Below are positions 9,756-18,503 of a DNA stretch of 53,561 nt, piece after piece. Each line of letters begins with the position of its first letter. Within the stretch, counting starts at the first letter, position 1. The translations under genes were made by a program, and so were the position numbers. Source of the stretch: a virus (lineage: Duplodnaviria > Caudoviricetes); the IMG/VR virus record IMGVR_UViG_3300008120_000183, positions 1 to 53,561 of that record, one strand, 5' to 3'. Below the pieces are notes generated by a model, which did not search any database, was not told where the DNA came from, and saw nothing but the letters and a program-made list of their open reading frames with translations.

Positions 9756-11105
9756 ATGAAAAAATTAGCTTTATTATTAGGTTTTTTCTCCCTAATATCT
9801 TTATCAGTTGCTCAAGAACCTATGAGCTGTGCTATGCTGGGTGATACAAAAAATGTATTGCCTATGGGGTTTCTAAAAAATAAAAGTAATCGCAGTAATA
9901 CTCCTAAAGTAATACCTGTAGTAGTTCACATAGTTTATACTGATGCTATAGAAAATACTTATGTTCCTGTTGAGGCGATCCAACCCGCTATAGACCAACT
10001 AAATGTTGATTTTGAAGGAACAAATATATCATTTGAATTAGTAGGATATGACTATACTGATTTATCTGTTTACAGTTGGCATGATGCTTATGTAAATGGA
10101 AGTATTTGTTTTCCAAGTTATCAAACTCAAGCTACTATGCTAGCTAATGATTTAGCTTGGGACATAGGTGAATATTGTAATGTTTATGTTATACCTAAAA
10201 TGTGTTCTACAATATTAGGGTATGCTTATGTTGGTTATGGTCCTGATAATGCAGATGATGGGGTTTGGGTACTAACAAGAACATTTGGTGTAGGAGAGTG
10301 GCCTCATTTAAGCCCTAGCCATAATGAAAATGAAGTACTTACTCATGAAGCAGGTCATTATTGTGGTTTATTCCACACATTTAATAATAACCCAGGCTCA
10401 TGTGGAGGACAAAACCCAGACATCCCTTGTGAGTATGAAGGAGATTATGTTTGCGATACTCCTCCTACTAAACCTAGTGCTGGTTGTCCTGGCACTACAG
10501 GATATTATTGTCCTATATCCAATTATGATGGAGGGGTACCTTTTAATGCTCGCAATCATATGGACTATGGGGGTCAATTTTGTAGAGATGAGTTTACTCC
10601 CGGCCAAATAGATAGAATGCATGCTATGCTTGAATATCAAAGATACGAACTATATAATGATGAAACTACTATTCCATTTTGCCCTGGTGATTTTAATGGG
10701 GATGGGAATATAGGTACAAATGATTTGTTAGTAATATTATCTAACTATGGTTGTATAGGATGTGGTCCTTCACAAGGTGATGTTTCTTTAGATTATGTAG
10801 TAGGTGTAACTGATTTAAATTGGATATTAGCTAATTGGGGAGAAATTTGTGGAGATGGTATAGGAATGTTAGAAGGAGATAATGTTACTCTACCACAGTC
10901 ACCTTCAAAACCAAAACAAACAATACCTTATAAAGTATTAGCTGCTTTATTAGCTCAAGAACCAAGACCTATTTTAGAAATAAGTTATTATGATATTATA
11001 GGTAGAAAGATAAACTTAAGTGAATTAGTAGAAAAACACGGAATTTATTTAGTAGAAATAATTCTTGAAGATGGTAACAGAATAGTTATAAAAACTATTT
11101 TATAA
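9756..11105 (+). CDS. Secreted M43 metalloprotease with dockerin-like domain and T9SS-type C-terminal domain
   Basis: SVA|Q; HEAGHYCGLFH; NHMDY; GDFNGDGNIGTNDLL and GDVSLDYVVGVTDLN; YYDIIGR...GIYLV...IKTIL. Confidence 0.88.
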   Translation: MKKLALLLGFFSLISLSVAQEPMSCAMLGDTKNVLPMGFLKNKSNRSNTPKVIPVVVHIVYTDAIENTYVPVEAIQPAIDQLNVDFEGTNISFELVGYDYTDLSVYSWHDAYVNGSICFPSYQTQATMLANDLAWDIGEYCNVYVIPKMCSTILGYAYVGYGPDNADDGVWVLTRTFGVGEWPHLSPSHNENEVLTHEAGHYCGLFHTFNNNPGSCGGQNPDIPCEYEGDYVCDTPPTKPSAGCPGTTGYYCPISNYDGGVPFNARNHMDYGGQFCRDEFTPGQIDRMHAMLEYQRYELYNDETTIPFCPGDFNGDGNIGTNDLLVILSNYGCIGCGPSQGDVSLDYVVGVTDLNWILANWGEICGDGIGMLEGDNVTLPQSPSKPKQTIPYKVLAALLAQEPRPILEISYYDIIGRKINLSELVEKHGIYLVEIILEDGNRIVIKTIL

Positions 11106-11110
11106 AGATC

Positions 11111-11180
11111 GTCATATTAGCGTCATGTAAAAGGGTGGCTTTTGCCACCTTTTTTCGTATCTTTACGGGGTAAGATTGAG
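11111..11180 (+). promoter_or_regulatory. Early promoter module (GTCAT x2, GTGG, TATCTTTA)
   Basis: GTCAT at 11111 and 11122, GTGG 11135, TA 11158; same spacing as the other copies. Confidence 0.75.
11131..11155 (+). terminator. Intrinsic terminator overlapping the promoter
   Basis: GGTGGC-TTTT-GCCACC followed by T6. Confidence 0.75.
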
Positions 11181-11184
11181 AAAT

Positions 11185-11385
11185 ATGAAAACGGAACCCA
11201 CCGAAATTACAGTGTTTAACATGAATCTTGAAGTTATTTTGTTTGTGGTATTTTTGGTCCTTAAATTGACCAAAACCATTGATTGGTCTTGGTGGTGGGT
11301 TACTTCACCACTGTGGATCCCGGTTTTAGTTTGGGTGTTGATTTTGGCTTTGGGAGTTGCAATTGTTTCATTTCTTAACCGATAA
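11185..11385 (+). CDS. Small membrane protein
   Basis: LKLTKTIDWSWWWVTSPLWIP, two TM segments; start re-called at ATG 11185. Confidence 0.7.
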   Translation: MKTEPTEITVFNMNLEVILFVVFLVLKLTKTIDWSWWWVTSPLWIPVLVWVLILALGVAIVSFLNR

Positions 11386-11404
11386 TTAAAAGATTCTAAA
11401 AAAG

Positions 11405-11731
11405 ATGAAAGTTACTAAAGTGGATTTCCAAGAAGGAAAAACAAGGGTATTGGATATGGTTAATGGCATGTATAGTGATATAACTCATGATCATATCCTC
11501 CATCTCAAAAATATGGACATTAAAACTGAAATGGAAGATATTGGTTTTATATCTGGTCTCATATCAAGAACCGTGTCAGAGCACAAACAACTTGTCACTG
11601 ATGTTAATAATTGTGAATGTTTTTATGATATCTTAAATTTAATTAGTAAATACTCAATATTTGGGGGTTGTGAAGAAATGGTTGTTGGAGCATTTTTAGG
11701 TATTAGTATAGACATTTATGAGATCTCATAA
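11405..11731 (+). CDS. Hypothetical protein
   Basis: ORF with A-rich leader. Confidence 0.55.
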   Translation: MKVTKVDFQEGKTRVLDMVNGMYSDITHDHILHLKNMDIKTEMEDIGFISGLISRTVSEHKQLVTDVNNCECFYDILNLISKYSIFGGCEEMVVGAFLGISIDIYEIS

Positions 11732-11767
11732 AAAAGATTCATATATTTAAGTTATAAGTTAAAAAAG

Positions 11768-12100
11768 ATGAAATTCAACGCTACTAAATGGGGATTTGTT
11801 GAAGCCATGAACTACAATGAACGTGGTTATGATGGATGCCATGAATGGCTTGAAACCGAATCAGGCTTAAGTAAACTTGACATTAGTATTCTTAAGGAAT
11901 TTGTTGACTCTAAAGTAGATGAACTCAATGCCCGATTCTCAGGAATAGTAAGGTGTGGTAGTGATGACACTTGGAGCGATGTTCGTTATCAAATAGTAGC
12001 TAATGGTGAAGAATTTTATAACACCATTACAGCAGAAAAAATGCAATCCATGATTGATAATATGGATTATAAGGAAAGTTTTGCTTATAGCTTTTTGTAA
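11768..12100 (+). CDS. DUF4240-like protein
   Basis: GSDDTWSDVRYQIVANGEEFY...YKESFAY resembles the DUF4240 core. Confidence 0.55.
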   Translation: MKFNATKWGFVEAMNYNERGYDGCHEWLETESGLSKLDISILKEFVDSKVDELNARFSGIVRCGSDDTWSDVRYQIVANGEEFYNTITAEKMQSMIDNMDYKESFAYSFL

Positions 12101-12150
12101 AGCTGTAAAGTAGATCACTGTATTTATAACCCGAACATAGTACTCCACAA

Positions 12151-12402
12151 ATGACATTCTCAGCAACCCCTACATTAATTAATGAGTTTGCATCTAAACT
12201 TATTGAAACAGAATGCTCATTTGCGGAACTCCTACTTACTTCAATTCTTATTAAAAAATATCTTAGTTCCTCTATAGAAGAGCACGTTGCTGCTAATTTT
12301 GATGATGAACACCATCTTCATCTTATAGTGAAGGAATATGGTATTAACAACTACCAAGCAGCCAGAAATGACTTGCTAGAATTTATGGTTATGTTTAATT
12401 GA
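12151..12402 (+). CDS. Hypothetical protein
   Basis: ORF track. Confidence 0.5.
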   Translation: MTFSATPTLINEFASKLIETECSFAELLLTSILIKKYLSSSIEEHVAANFDDEHHLHLIVKEYGINNYQAARNDLLEFMVMFN

Positions 12403-12414
12403 TTTAGTTTCAAA

Positions 12415-12642
12415 ATGAAAATCGTATTTGAAGGGCAATCCCACATCTCAACTGATCAAGAAGGAGAACCTTATTTTTACCATGGAGAAATTACATGGTA
12501 CCTAAATGAATTTGTAGTTTTTAAAAACCCCAAAGATAATTTTGGATACCAAGCAGGTACTCATATCTCAAACACAGGGGCTATCCTCATTAATATCGAT
12601 GCTGCTGAAGAAATGGTTGATTATGCCATTGTAACTATTTGA
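12415..12642 (+). CDS. Hypothetical protein
   Basis: ORF track; A-rich leader. Confidence 0.55.
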   Translation: MKIVFEGQSHISTDQEGEPYFYHGEITWYLNEFVVFKNPKDNFGYQAGTHISNTGAILINIDAAEEMVDYAIVTI

Positions 12643-12714
12643 TAAAAAATTCTTTTTTAGCTAATTTCCCAACCTCCTCTTTTTATATTATATTTAAATA
12701 AAAATCACAATAAA

Positions 12715-12960
12715 ATGGTTAATACAGAAACTCAACGTATCCATGATGAAATTACGGCTAGTTTGAGAAGGATTGAACTTATGATTGACAAACTAAATCA
12801 ACCCCTTCTTAAAGAACTTGAACAACAACTTCAAGATCATAGGTCTCGGAGACAACAGATTGTAGACCAAATGAGTGAGTTGGAAGAGTTGTATGATGAA
12901 CAAAATCGTATTATTGAATATCTTCTTGAGAAAAAAGAAATCCTTAAATCGAACTTTTAA
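12715..12960 (+). CDS. Coiled-coil hypothetical protein
   Basis: Heptad-rich; A-rich leader. Confidence 0.6.
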   Translation: MVNTETQRIHDEITASLRRIELMIDKLNQPLLKELEQQLQDHRSRRQQIVDQMSELEELYDEQNRIIEYLLEKKEILKSNF

Positions 12961-12972
12961 AAAATAATTATA

Positions 12973-13269
12973 ATGCTTTATTCAAAATCTGAGTTGTCTC
13001 GTATTTTGGCTGCCATGAACGAGGAAGTAGGTGCTACCGAGTTGTTGGAGCAAATTGTTAAGTATCTTGACCAAGATATATTGGAAGATATGGTAAAATT
13101 TATTGATGAAGAAGTATTTACTGAAAGTAGCTTCTTTGATGTAACCCAACCAGAAGAAGGAGAAATCCCATTCTTTATGGATGATGAAGAAAATTATTAT
13201 GATGATGATGAAGATTATTTTCACCCCACTTGGTATGAAGGGGGTGAACGAAATGGGGAGGATTATTGA
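12973..13269 (+). CDS. Highly acidic small protein
   Basis: D/E-rich C-terminal half (MDDEENYYDDDEDYF). Confidence 0.6.
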   Translation: MLYSKSELSRILAAMNEEVGATELLEQIVKYLDQDILEDMVKFIDEEVFTESSFFDVTQPEEGEIPFFMDDEENYYDDDEDYFHPTWYEGGERNGEDY

Positions 13270-13273
13270 TTAA

Positions 13274-13624
13274 ATGATCAACCCCAGTAATCTACTATAT
13301 GGTGTTGCTCTATTTTTAATAGGCCAAATAGCAGTTTGGTATCAAACAAACGGGCAGTTCCTGAGCCAATGGGTAAAGGAACACCCGTTTGTTATTTCCC
13401 TTTTGGGTGTTCCTATTAGCTACATTTATATTTATGGGTCGTACCATTTGGTTAAAGCATTTGAGGGGGAGATATGGCCACAACGTTTAATTGGTTTTGC
13501 TATTGGAATGTTAGTGTTTTCGGTTTTAACTGTTATACATTTTAATCAAGGCATTACATTTAAAACAGCATTGACGTTGGCGCTTGCAATTGCAATCGTT
13601 GTTATCCAAACTATATGGAAATAA
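13274..13624 (+). CDS. Four-TM membrane protein (SMR/DMT-like size)
   Basis: Four hydrophobic helices in 116 aa. Confidence 0.6.
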   Translation: MINPSNLLYGVALFLIGQIAVWYQTNGQFLSQWVKEHPFVISLLGVPISYIYIYGSYHLVKAFEGEIWPQRLIGFAIGMLVFSVLTVIHFNQGITFKTALTLALAIAIVVIQTIWK

Positions 13625-13648
13625 TAAACCGCTAAAACTAAATTATTG

Positions 13649-13819
13649 ATGCTTATAGATCCAAGATGGGAATTATTTATATTAGCTGAGGAAGCTATGG
13701 AAGTGTTAGTTGAAGCTCCTAATGGAGAAAAAGGTATGCTTTCACGTGAAAAACTAGTAGATTACGTACGAATTGAGAATAAATTAATCCCTAAAAGTAA
13801 AGTAGATTGGATTCTTTAG
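13649..13819 (+). CDS. Small hypothetical protein (56 aa)
   Basis: MLIDPRWELF...VDWIL fills the gap. Confidence 0.45.
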   Translation: MLIDPRWELFILAEEAMEVLVEAPNGEKGMLSREKLVDYVRIENKLIPKSKVDWIL

Positions 13820-13873
13820 TCATAATTTTATCGTTCTAAAATTTGGATTTTTAAAAATTTATTTGTATATTTA
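13819..13873 (+). promoter_or_regulatory. Early promoter module
   Basis: GTCAT 13819, degenerate ATCGT 13830, TTGG 13843, TATATTTA 13866. Confidence 0.65.
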
Positions 13874-13896
13874 GGTTATAAATCAAAAAATAAAAA

Positions 13897-14289
13897 ATGT
13901 CTACTAGAGCTTCAATTAAGTTTATAGATAAAGATGATAACTTTCTAGCTAATGTTTATCATCATTATGATGGGTACCCTCAATATTTAGGGGCTAAATT
14001 ACTTGAACTTACCTCCTCAAAAATGGTTAATGGTTTACCTAGTACTATGGTAGTAGGGGAGTTGTTTAATGGTATGGAATGTTTGGTGGCCAGTGTTATA
14101 TCTCGACTAAAAACCCAACCAGGGAACGTGTACATTTATCCTGAATCATCTTTTGGTCAGTCGGGTGAAGATTATCTTTATATGGTAGTTGAAGATCATA
14201 TTGGAACTCGGGTTAATATAATGGTAAGTAAAGATAATGGGGAGAATTGGGAGGATGTAGAAAAAGTTCTTAAATTGGAACAATATTAA
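13897..14289 (+). CDS. Phage hypothetical protein (YHHYDGYP motif)
   Basis: MSTRASI...YHHYDGYP...EDYLY, a pattern typical of phage early proteins. Confidence 0.7.
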   Translation: MSTRASIKFIDKDDNFLANVYHHYDGYPQYLGAKLLELTSSKMVNGLPSTMVVGELFNGMECLVASVISRLKTQPGNVYIYPESSFGQSGEDYLYMVVEDHIGTRVNIMVSKDNGENWEDVEKVLKLEQY

Positions 14290-14297
14290 TATCAAAA

Positions 14298-14522
14298 ATG
14301 AAAGCCCCATTAGAAAGTCATGAAGAATGGTTAGTTTTACTAGCTGAGTTTCATCCTAGTGATGCTGTTTCTACTTCTGCTATGAACCTTCTTCAACACC
14401 TTTATGATCCCACTTATGTGTGGTGTGAAGAGCTTGATTATGCTGTAGTGAAAAATAAAGAATGCAATTGCATTAATGAAGATAAACCATTAACTAAACA
14501 AAACGATGATTACGGATTCTGA
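14298..14522 (+). CDS. Hypothetical protein
   Basis: ORF track. Confidence 0.5.
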   Translation: MKAPLESHEEWLVLLAEFHPSDAVSTSAMNLLQHLYDPTYVWCEELDYAVVKNKECNCINEDKPLTKQNDDYGF

Positions 14523-14721
14523 ATGGGGTGAGCGTTATTATGAGCTTCGTAGAATAATTCTCACAAGTGGAGAAGAACTAATTGGGAGGGCAAGAGAAGA
14601 ATTTAATGACCTAGGTGGCAAAGAAAAAGGATGGGACTGGATGGTGTTTTATAGTGGGTGGATCCAGAGCAGATTGAATATGGTTGAAAAGGTTATTAAA
14701 TTGGATAAAGAAATAAAATAA
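14506..14721 (+). CDS. Hypothetical protein
   Basis: ORF track. Confidence 0.5.
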   Translation: MITDSEWGERYYELRRIILTSGEELIGRAREEFNDLGGKEKGWDWMVFYSGWIQSRLNMVEKVIKLDKEIK

Positions 14722-14737
14722 TTAATAAAAAATAGTT

Positions 14738-14977
14738 ATGAAAAAAACATTGTGGATTGCCGGTTTGGCTTCCGTCTTGACCCTTATGGGTTGTGAAAAA
14801 GAGTGTACAAGTACATGTGGAACGATTGCGAATGATGGGATTGATGGGGATTGTTATTGGCTTGAAATCCGAAATTCGTGCTCGGGAAACAAAAAGGTAT
14901 TTTGTGTTGATGAAGACATTTGGTGGGATAGCTATGTTGGAGACCAATTCTGCATTACTAATACTACCCCTTGGTAA
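14738..14977 (+). CDS. Cys-rich small lipoprotein
   Basis: Lipobox LMGC followed by six more Cys. Confidence 0.7.
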   Translation: MKKTLWIAGLASVLTLMGCEKECTSTCGTIANDGIDGDCYWLEIRNSCSGNKKVFCVDEDIWWDSYVGDQFCITNTTPW

Positions 14978-15000
14978 TTAACTAAATCTACTTTCTTAAT

Positions 15001-15453
15001 ATGAAAAAAACATTTTTTGCTTTGGTAATGCTGCTATCGTTTGTAGCATCAAATGCCCAAGACCTTTATCGGGTTAACGTTAAAACTAAAGATGGCATGA
15101 AGCGAGAAGTGGTTGTAGAGGTAATTGTGAACCAAACGGGAGCAGATTTTACCGTTGAACAAGCAGCCCGCAACAGAAACGAACAACTGAAGACGGAAGG
15201 TAAGGGATTTGAGACGTGGCAGCAGTCGTTTGATAGTGCGATCCAGGTGGCGTGTTTGTTTACTAAAATTTTTGTTGTGAAGAATCAAGCAACGTGGATC
15301 CCGTCTGAGGTGTTTCTATATTGGGATCCCGAATTGAAAAAATATGTGGGGGCGGTAAGTGGTTATGCTCAAAATTCATATGGTGTGGCTGGTGATATTA
15401 GGGATTTTGTGGAGATGGATTTGAGTGGAGATATTACTCGTCGGTTTGAATGA
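15001..15453 (+). CDS. Secreted hypothetical protein
   Basis: Signal peptide ending SNA|Q. Confidence 0.65.
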   Translation: MKKTFFALVMLLSFVASNAQDLYRVNVKTKDGMKREVVVEVIVNQTGADFTVEQAARNRNEQLKTEGKGFETWQQSFDSAIQVACLFTKIFVVKNQATWIPSEVFLYWDPELKKYVGAVSGYAQNSYGVAGDIRDFVEMDLSGDITRRFE

Positions 15454-15702
15454 TTTGGGTGATTTAAATGATTTGAGGGTAATTGGGTGATAATGGGATG
15501 TGAATGTGTGAACAACTAAAATAAAGGGTGTAATAAAGGTTAATTAAGGGTTAACTTGGTTTTGTATGGTGTATGGTATGTGAAAAACGGGTGTTAGATG
15601 GGGTGGGTGAGAGGACATGGATCAAAGAAATTCCCCCCTCTCCCCCACCCTCTCCCGTTCGACGGATATATCCTCGCGAAGAACCGCATGAAAACGCATG
15701 GG

Positions 15703-15775
15703 TTCATAATTTCGTCATGCAAAAATGTGGTTTACTGAAATTTCGTTCGTATATTTACGGGGTAAGGTTAAGGAA
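15703..15775 (+). promoter_or_regulatory. Early promoter module
   Basis: TTCAT 15703, GTCAT 15714, GTGG 15727, TATATTTA 15750, then CGGGGTAAG. Confidence 0.75.
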
Positions 15776-15802
15776 GTAGAAACAAAACAAAACAAAGACA
15801 AG

Positions 15803-16003
15803 ATGGCCAGGAAAATTGAGTATAGGGTTGTTAAAGAGGCAACCAGCCCTCCGTACTATTCGCTTGAGTACTTATGCTTTGATGATAAGGGGGAATTTAT
15901 TGTGAAGGGCGAACCCCTTCTCTTAGGAAGGAGTCTTAAGGAATTACGAGATACATTAGTAAAGATGATAGAAGCAATAGACGTGGAAGACATAGAGAAT
16001 TAA
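15803..16003 (+). CDS. Small hypothetical protein
   Basis: MARKIEYRVVK...; start re-called downstream of the promoter. Confidence 0.55.
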   Translation: MARKIEYRVVKEATSPPYYSLEYLCFDDKGEFIVKGEPLLLGRSLKELRDTLVKMIEAIDVEDIEN

Positions 16004-16009
16004 AAATCG

Positions 16010-16082
16010 GTCATAATTCAGTCATCCGAAAGGGTGGAAAGACCGAACCTCGTTCGTATCTTTACGGGGTAAGGTTGAGAAA
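16010..16082 (+). promoter_or_regulatory. Early promoter module
   Basis: GTCAT 16010 and 16021, GTGG 16034, TATCTTTA 16057, then CGGGGTAAG. Confidence 0.8.
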
Positions 16083-16116
16083 GAAACAAAAACAAAATCC
16101 CAAAAACCCAATCAAA

Positions 16117-16851
16117 ATGTTGCAAGTTAAGATCACCAAAATGAGCGATTTGAAGTTCGAGAAGAATTTGTTCGAACCGCTCCGTACCGGAAAGAAGATT
16201 GATGAATTTTTTAGTGGTGATCGTGGAATCATGCCTGGAACTAACACCGTCATTACTGGTGATCCTGGTATTGGTAAGACTACCGTTTTGCTTGACATCA
16301 TTGGTGATTTGAACCAATCCGGTAAGCGTGTTTTGTTTGTGAGTGGTGAGATGAACCAAATTGATATGGTTGGTTACGTTAAGCGTTTCCCCAAATTTGG
16401 TGATTTGCCGATTTTGTTTATGGGTGATTACGCTGATGAAGATCCGATTGAAGTGTTGCGTTCAGCGTTCAATGAAGGTTATGATTGTATTTTGATTGAC
16501 AGTATTGCTGAGATTGCAGTCGCGATTCAAGATTATTACGGTGGTACTTACAAGGGTGCAACAACCAAATTGTTGACCATTCTTGAAGAACAAAATATGG
16601 GTGAAAATATGAAGGGAATTAATACGGCAACATTGTTGATCCAGCAAGTTACCAAGAGTGGAACGTTTGCAGGTTCAAACCGTATTAAGCACATGACGAC
16701 TGCAATGGGTCACTTGAAGTTTACGAGTGAGGGTGAGCGTTACCTTGAGTTTAGTAAGAACCGTCGTGGCGGAAACATGAACCGGTTTTTCTTCAATTTG
16801 AATAACAAGAATTCTGTGAATTGGTTGTATGAAGCTCCTGCAAATTCATGA
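16117..16851 (+). CDS. RadA/Sms-like RecA-family ATPase (ATPase core only)
   Basis: Walker A GDPGIGKT, VSGE, LIDSI, QVTKSGTFAG, KNRRG (cf. RadA KNRFG). No Zn finger or Lon domain. Confidence 0.8.
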   Translation: MLQVKITKMSDLKFEKNLFEPLRTGKKIDEFFSGDRGIMPGTNTVITGDPGIGKTTVLLDIIGDLNQSGKRVLFVSGEMNQIDMVGYVKRFPKFGDLPILFMGDYADEDPIEVLRSAFNEGYDCILIDSIAEIAVAIQDYYGGTYKGATTKLLTILEEQNMGENMKGINTATLLIQQVTKSGTFAGSNRIKHMTTAMGHLKFTSEGERYLEFSKNRRGGNMNRFFFNLNNKNSVNWLYEAPANS

Positions 16852-17100
16852 AAATGATTTGCTTTCAAAATAAAGATTTTTGATTGGATGATGGGATGGG
16901 GGTGGGGGTTGGGGAACCTCCCCCCCGTTACATACCTGATATATGCCGCCGTACGCCGTACGTACCACCATAGGGCCCCACACGCGTTGATGTCCATATA
17001 CGCGCGTATGACGTATATAGTAGGTTAGATGGGGAGTGAGAGCGCAAATACCTATACCCCATCGACAAATATATACAAATATCCCATCTTATTTTATTAT
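16852..17100. other. GC/CpG-rich non-coding island with G-runs and palindromes
   Basis: G3-G5-G5-G4 at 16893-16914; GCCGTAC x2; perfect palindrome ATACGCGCGTAT at 16998-17009. Confidence 0.6.
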
Positions 17101-17258
17101 CATTTTGTATGTATCATTGACAGTTGTAATTAATGAACCTTACAATGAATAAAAATTATGGACCCCGAAGAAGAAACTCAAGACAAATGGGAGGACAACA
17201 ATTGGCATCCTCATGAAACTTTTAGATATTTATCACAAAATTAAAAAACAAAAATAAA

Positions 17259-17675
17259 ATGGAAGAACTAAAAAGATTCAGACAATTTCTCGCAGAGAAA
17301 AAAATAACAGAAGCTAATGACTCACAACTTCAGGCTTTAATGAATATAGTATCAGGGGATTGGGCTTCAGATGTTCTCCAAGATGGAACCTTTGGCACCG
17401 TAAGCCCCTTTGGTAATGGAGAACAAGGAACTCCACTTATGAATGTAACTAAGGAAATCAAAAGCAATTTCGAGTTCTATAAAGAAGACCCAGATACCGA
17501 TGACTTTGACTTGGTTAAAGATGATATGAAAGCAGTAAAAGAAATAGCTCGAGCTGTTAAAAAAATGGGAGGTAGAGTAGCATATGGTGGTGATGGGCTC
17601 CAATATGTTTACACCGTAAATGGTGAAGGTGAGTTACTTGCACAAGCAATAGAAACCGATGAAGAGCCAGAATAA
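17259..17675 (+). CDS. Acidic protein with capsid-targeting-like leader
   Basis: MEELKRFRQFLAE; ATATTTAT at 17226. Confidence 0.65.
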   Translation: MEELKRFRQFLAEKKITEANDSQLQALMNIVSGDWASDVLQDGTFGTVSPFGNGEQGTPLMNVTKEIKSNFEFYKEDPDTDDFDLVKDDMKAVKEIARAVKKMGGRVAYGGDGLQYVYTVNGEGELLAQAIETDEEPE

Positions 17676-17686
17676 TTTAATACAAA

Positions 17687-17983
17687 ATGAAAGAACTAAA
17701 CTCATTCAGAGAATATCTCAGTAAAAACGAAAATTATGCCATAAAAAATTATGTCATAAATTTAGGTGGAGATTTTGCGCTTAACCCAGCCGAAGTCGAA
17801 GAATTTCTTAAAAACGAGGGATATGACGATGAAATGATAGATGATATGTTTGATGACCATAACTTTCAAGAAGATTTAGCAGGTATTGTTAATGCATTTG
17901 TTGAAGGTGGAGAATTAGACCAAAACGAAATAGAAGATTTACTCGCCCAAGCAGCCAACTTCTATGAAGGTAACTACGACTAA
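17687..17983 (+). CDS. Acidic protein with capsid-targeting-like leader
   Basis: MKELNSFREYLSKNE. Confidence 0.65.
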   Translation: MKELNSFREYLSKNENYAIKNYVINLGGDFALNPAEVEEFLKNEGYDDEMIDDMFDDHNFQEDLAGIVNAFVEGGELDQNEIEDLLAQAANFYEGNYD

Positions 17984-17986
17984 AGA

Positions 17987-18120
17987 ATGAAGCTCGAGCA
18001 AATATATAAGGATATAAAAGAGGCTGCTAAACCTATCCAGATATCGGAGATAGGGGAAGGCAGCCTCATGCTCGGGAATGGATAGTTGGAAATGCTATAA
18101 TCTATTATTTTATAAATTAA
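17987..18120 (+). pseudogene. Gene remnant or collapsed gene
   Basis: MKLEQIYKDIKE...ISEIGEG stops at 18085; another frame reads PHAREWIVGNAIIYYFIN* to 18120. Confidence 0.4.
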
Positions 18121-18127
18121 AAAAATT

Positions 18128-18403
18128 ATGCGAATTTTTGCCCCTATACTTGTTGTATTGTGTACTATAGGTTGTAATAGCACATCTCACTTGCAATGCG
18201 ATGAGGCCTATGCCCACGATTATAACTGCGATTTACCACAACGTAATATATACATCCCGTCCTCAAATCCTTATTTCTATTATTATCCTCATATGGAAAC
18301 TGTGTACTACGTCCCCATTTATGTTCCGGTTTCCCCACCAAACGAACAAAAGCCTGTAAGAAAAGGGCCCCGACCTAGTATTACTGGTAGAAATACACAA
18401 TAA
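18128..18403 (+). CDS. Putative lipoprotein, Pro/Tyr-rich
   Basis: Hydrophobic N-terminus ending TIGC. Confidence 0.5.
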   Translation: MRIFAPILVVLCTIGCNSTSHLQCDEAYAHDYNCDLPQRNIYIPSSNPYFYYYPHMETVYYVPIYVPVSPPNEQKPVRKGPRPSITGRNTQ

Positions 18404-18444
18404 TTAAAGTATATAAGTATATTTGAAGGGGGTAGTGGGTTTAA

Positions 18445-18486
18445 GGCACTTCAACTTGGAGTGCCATTTTTTTGTTCGTACCTTTA
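18445..18486 (+). promoter_or_regulatory. Promoter overlapping a hairpin and T-tract (no GTCAT repeat)
   Basis: GGCACT...AGTGCC hairpin, TTGG 18456, TACCTTTA 18479. Confidence 0.6.
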
Positions 18487-18503
18487 GTTTCAAATTTAAA
18501 TTA

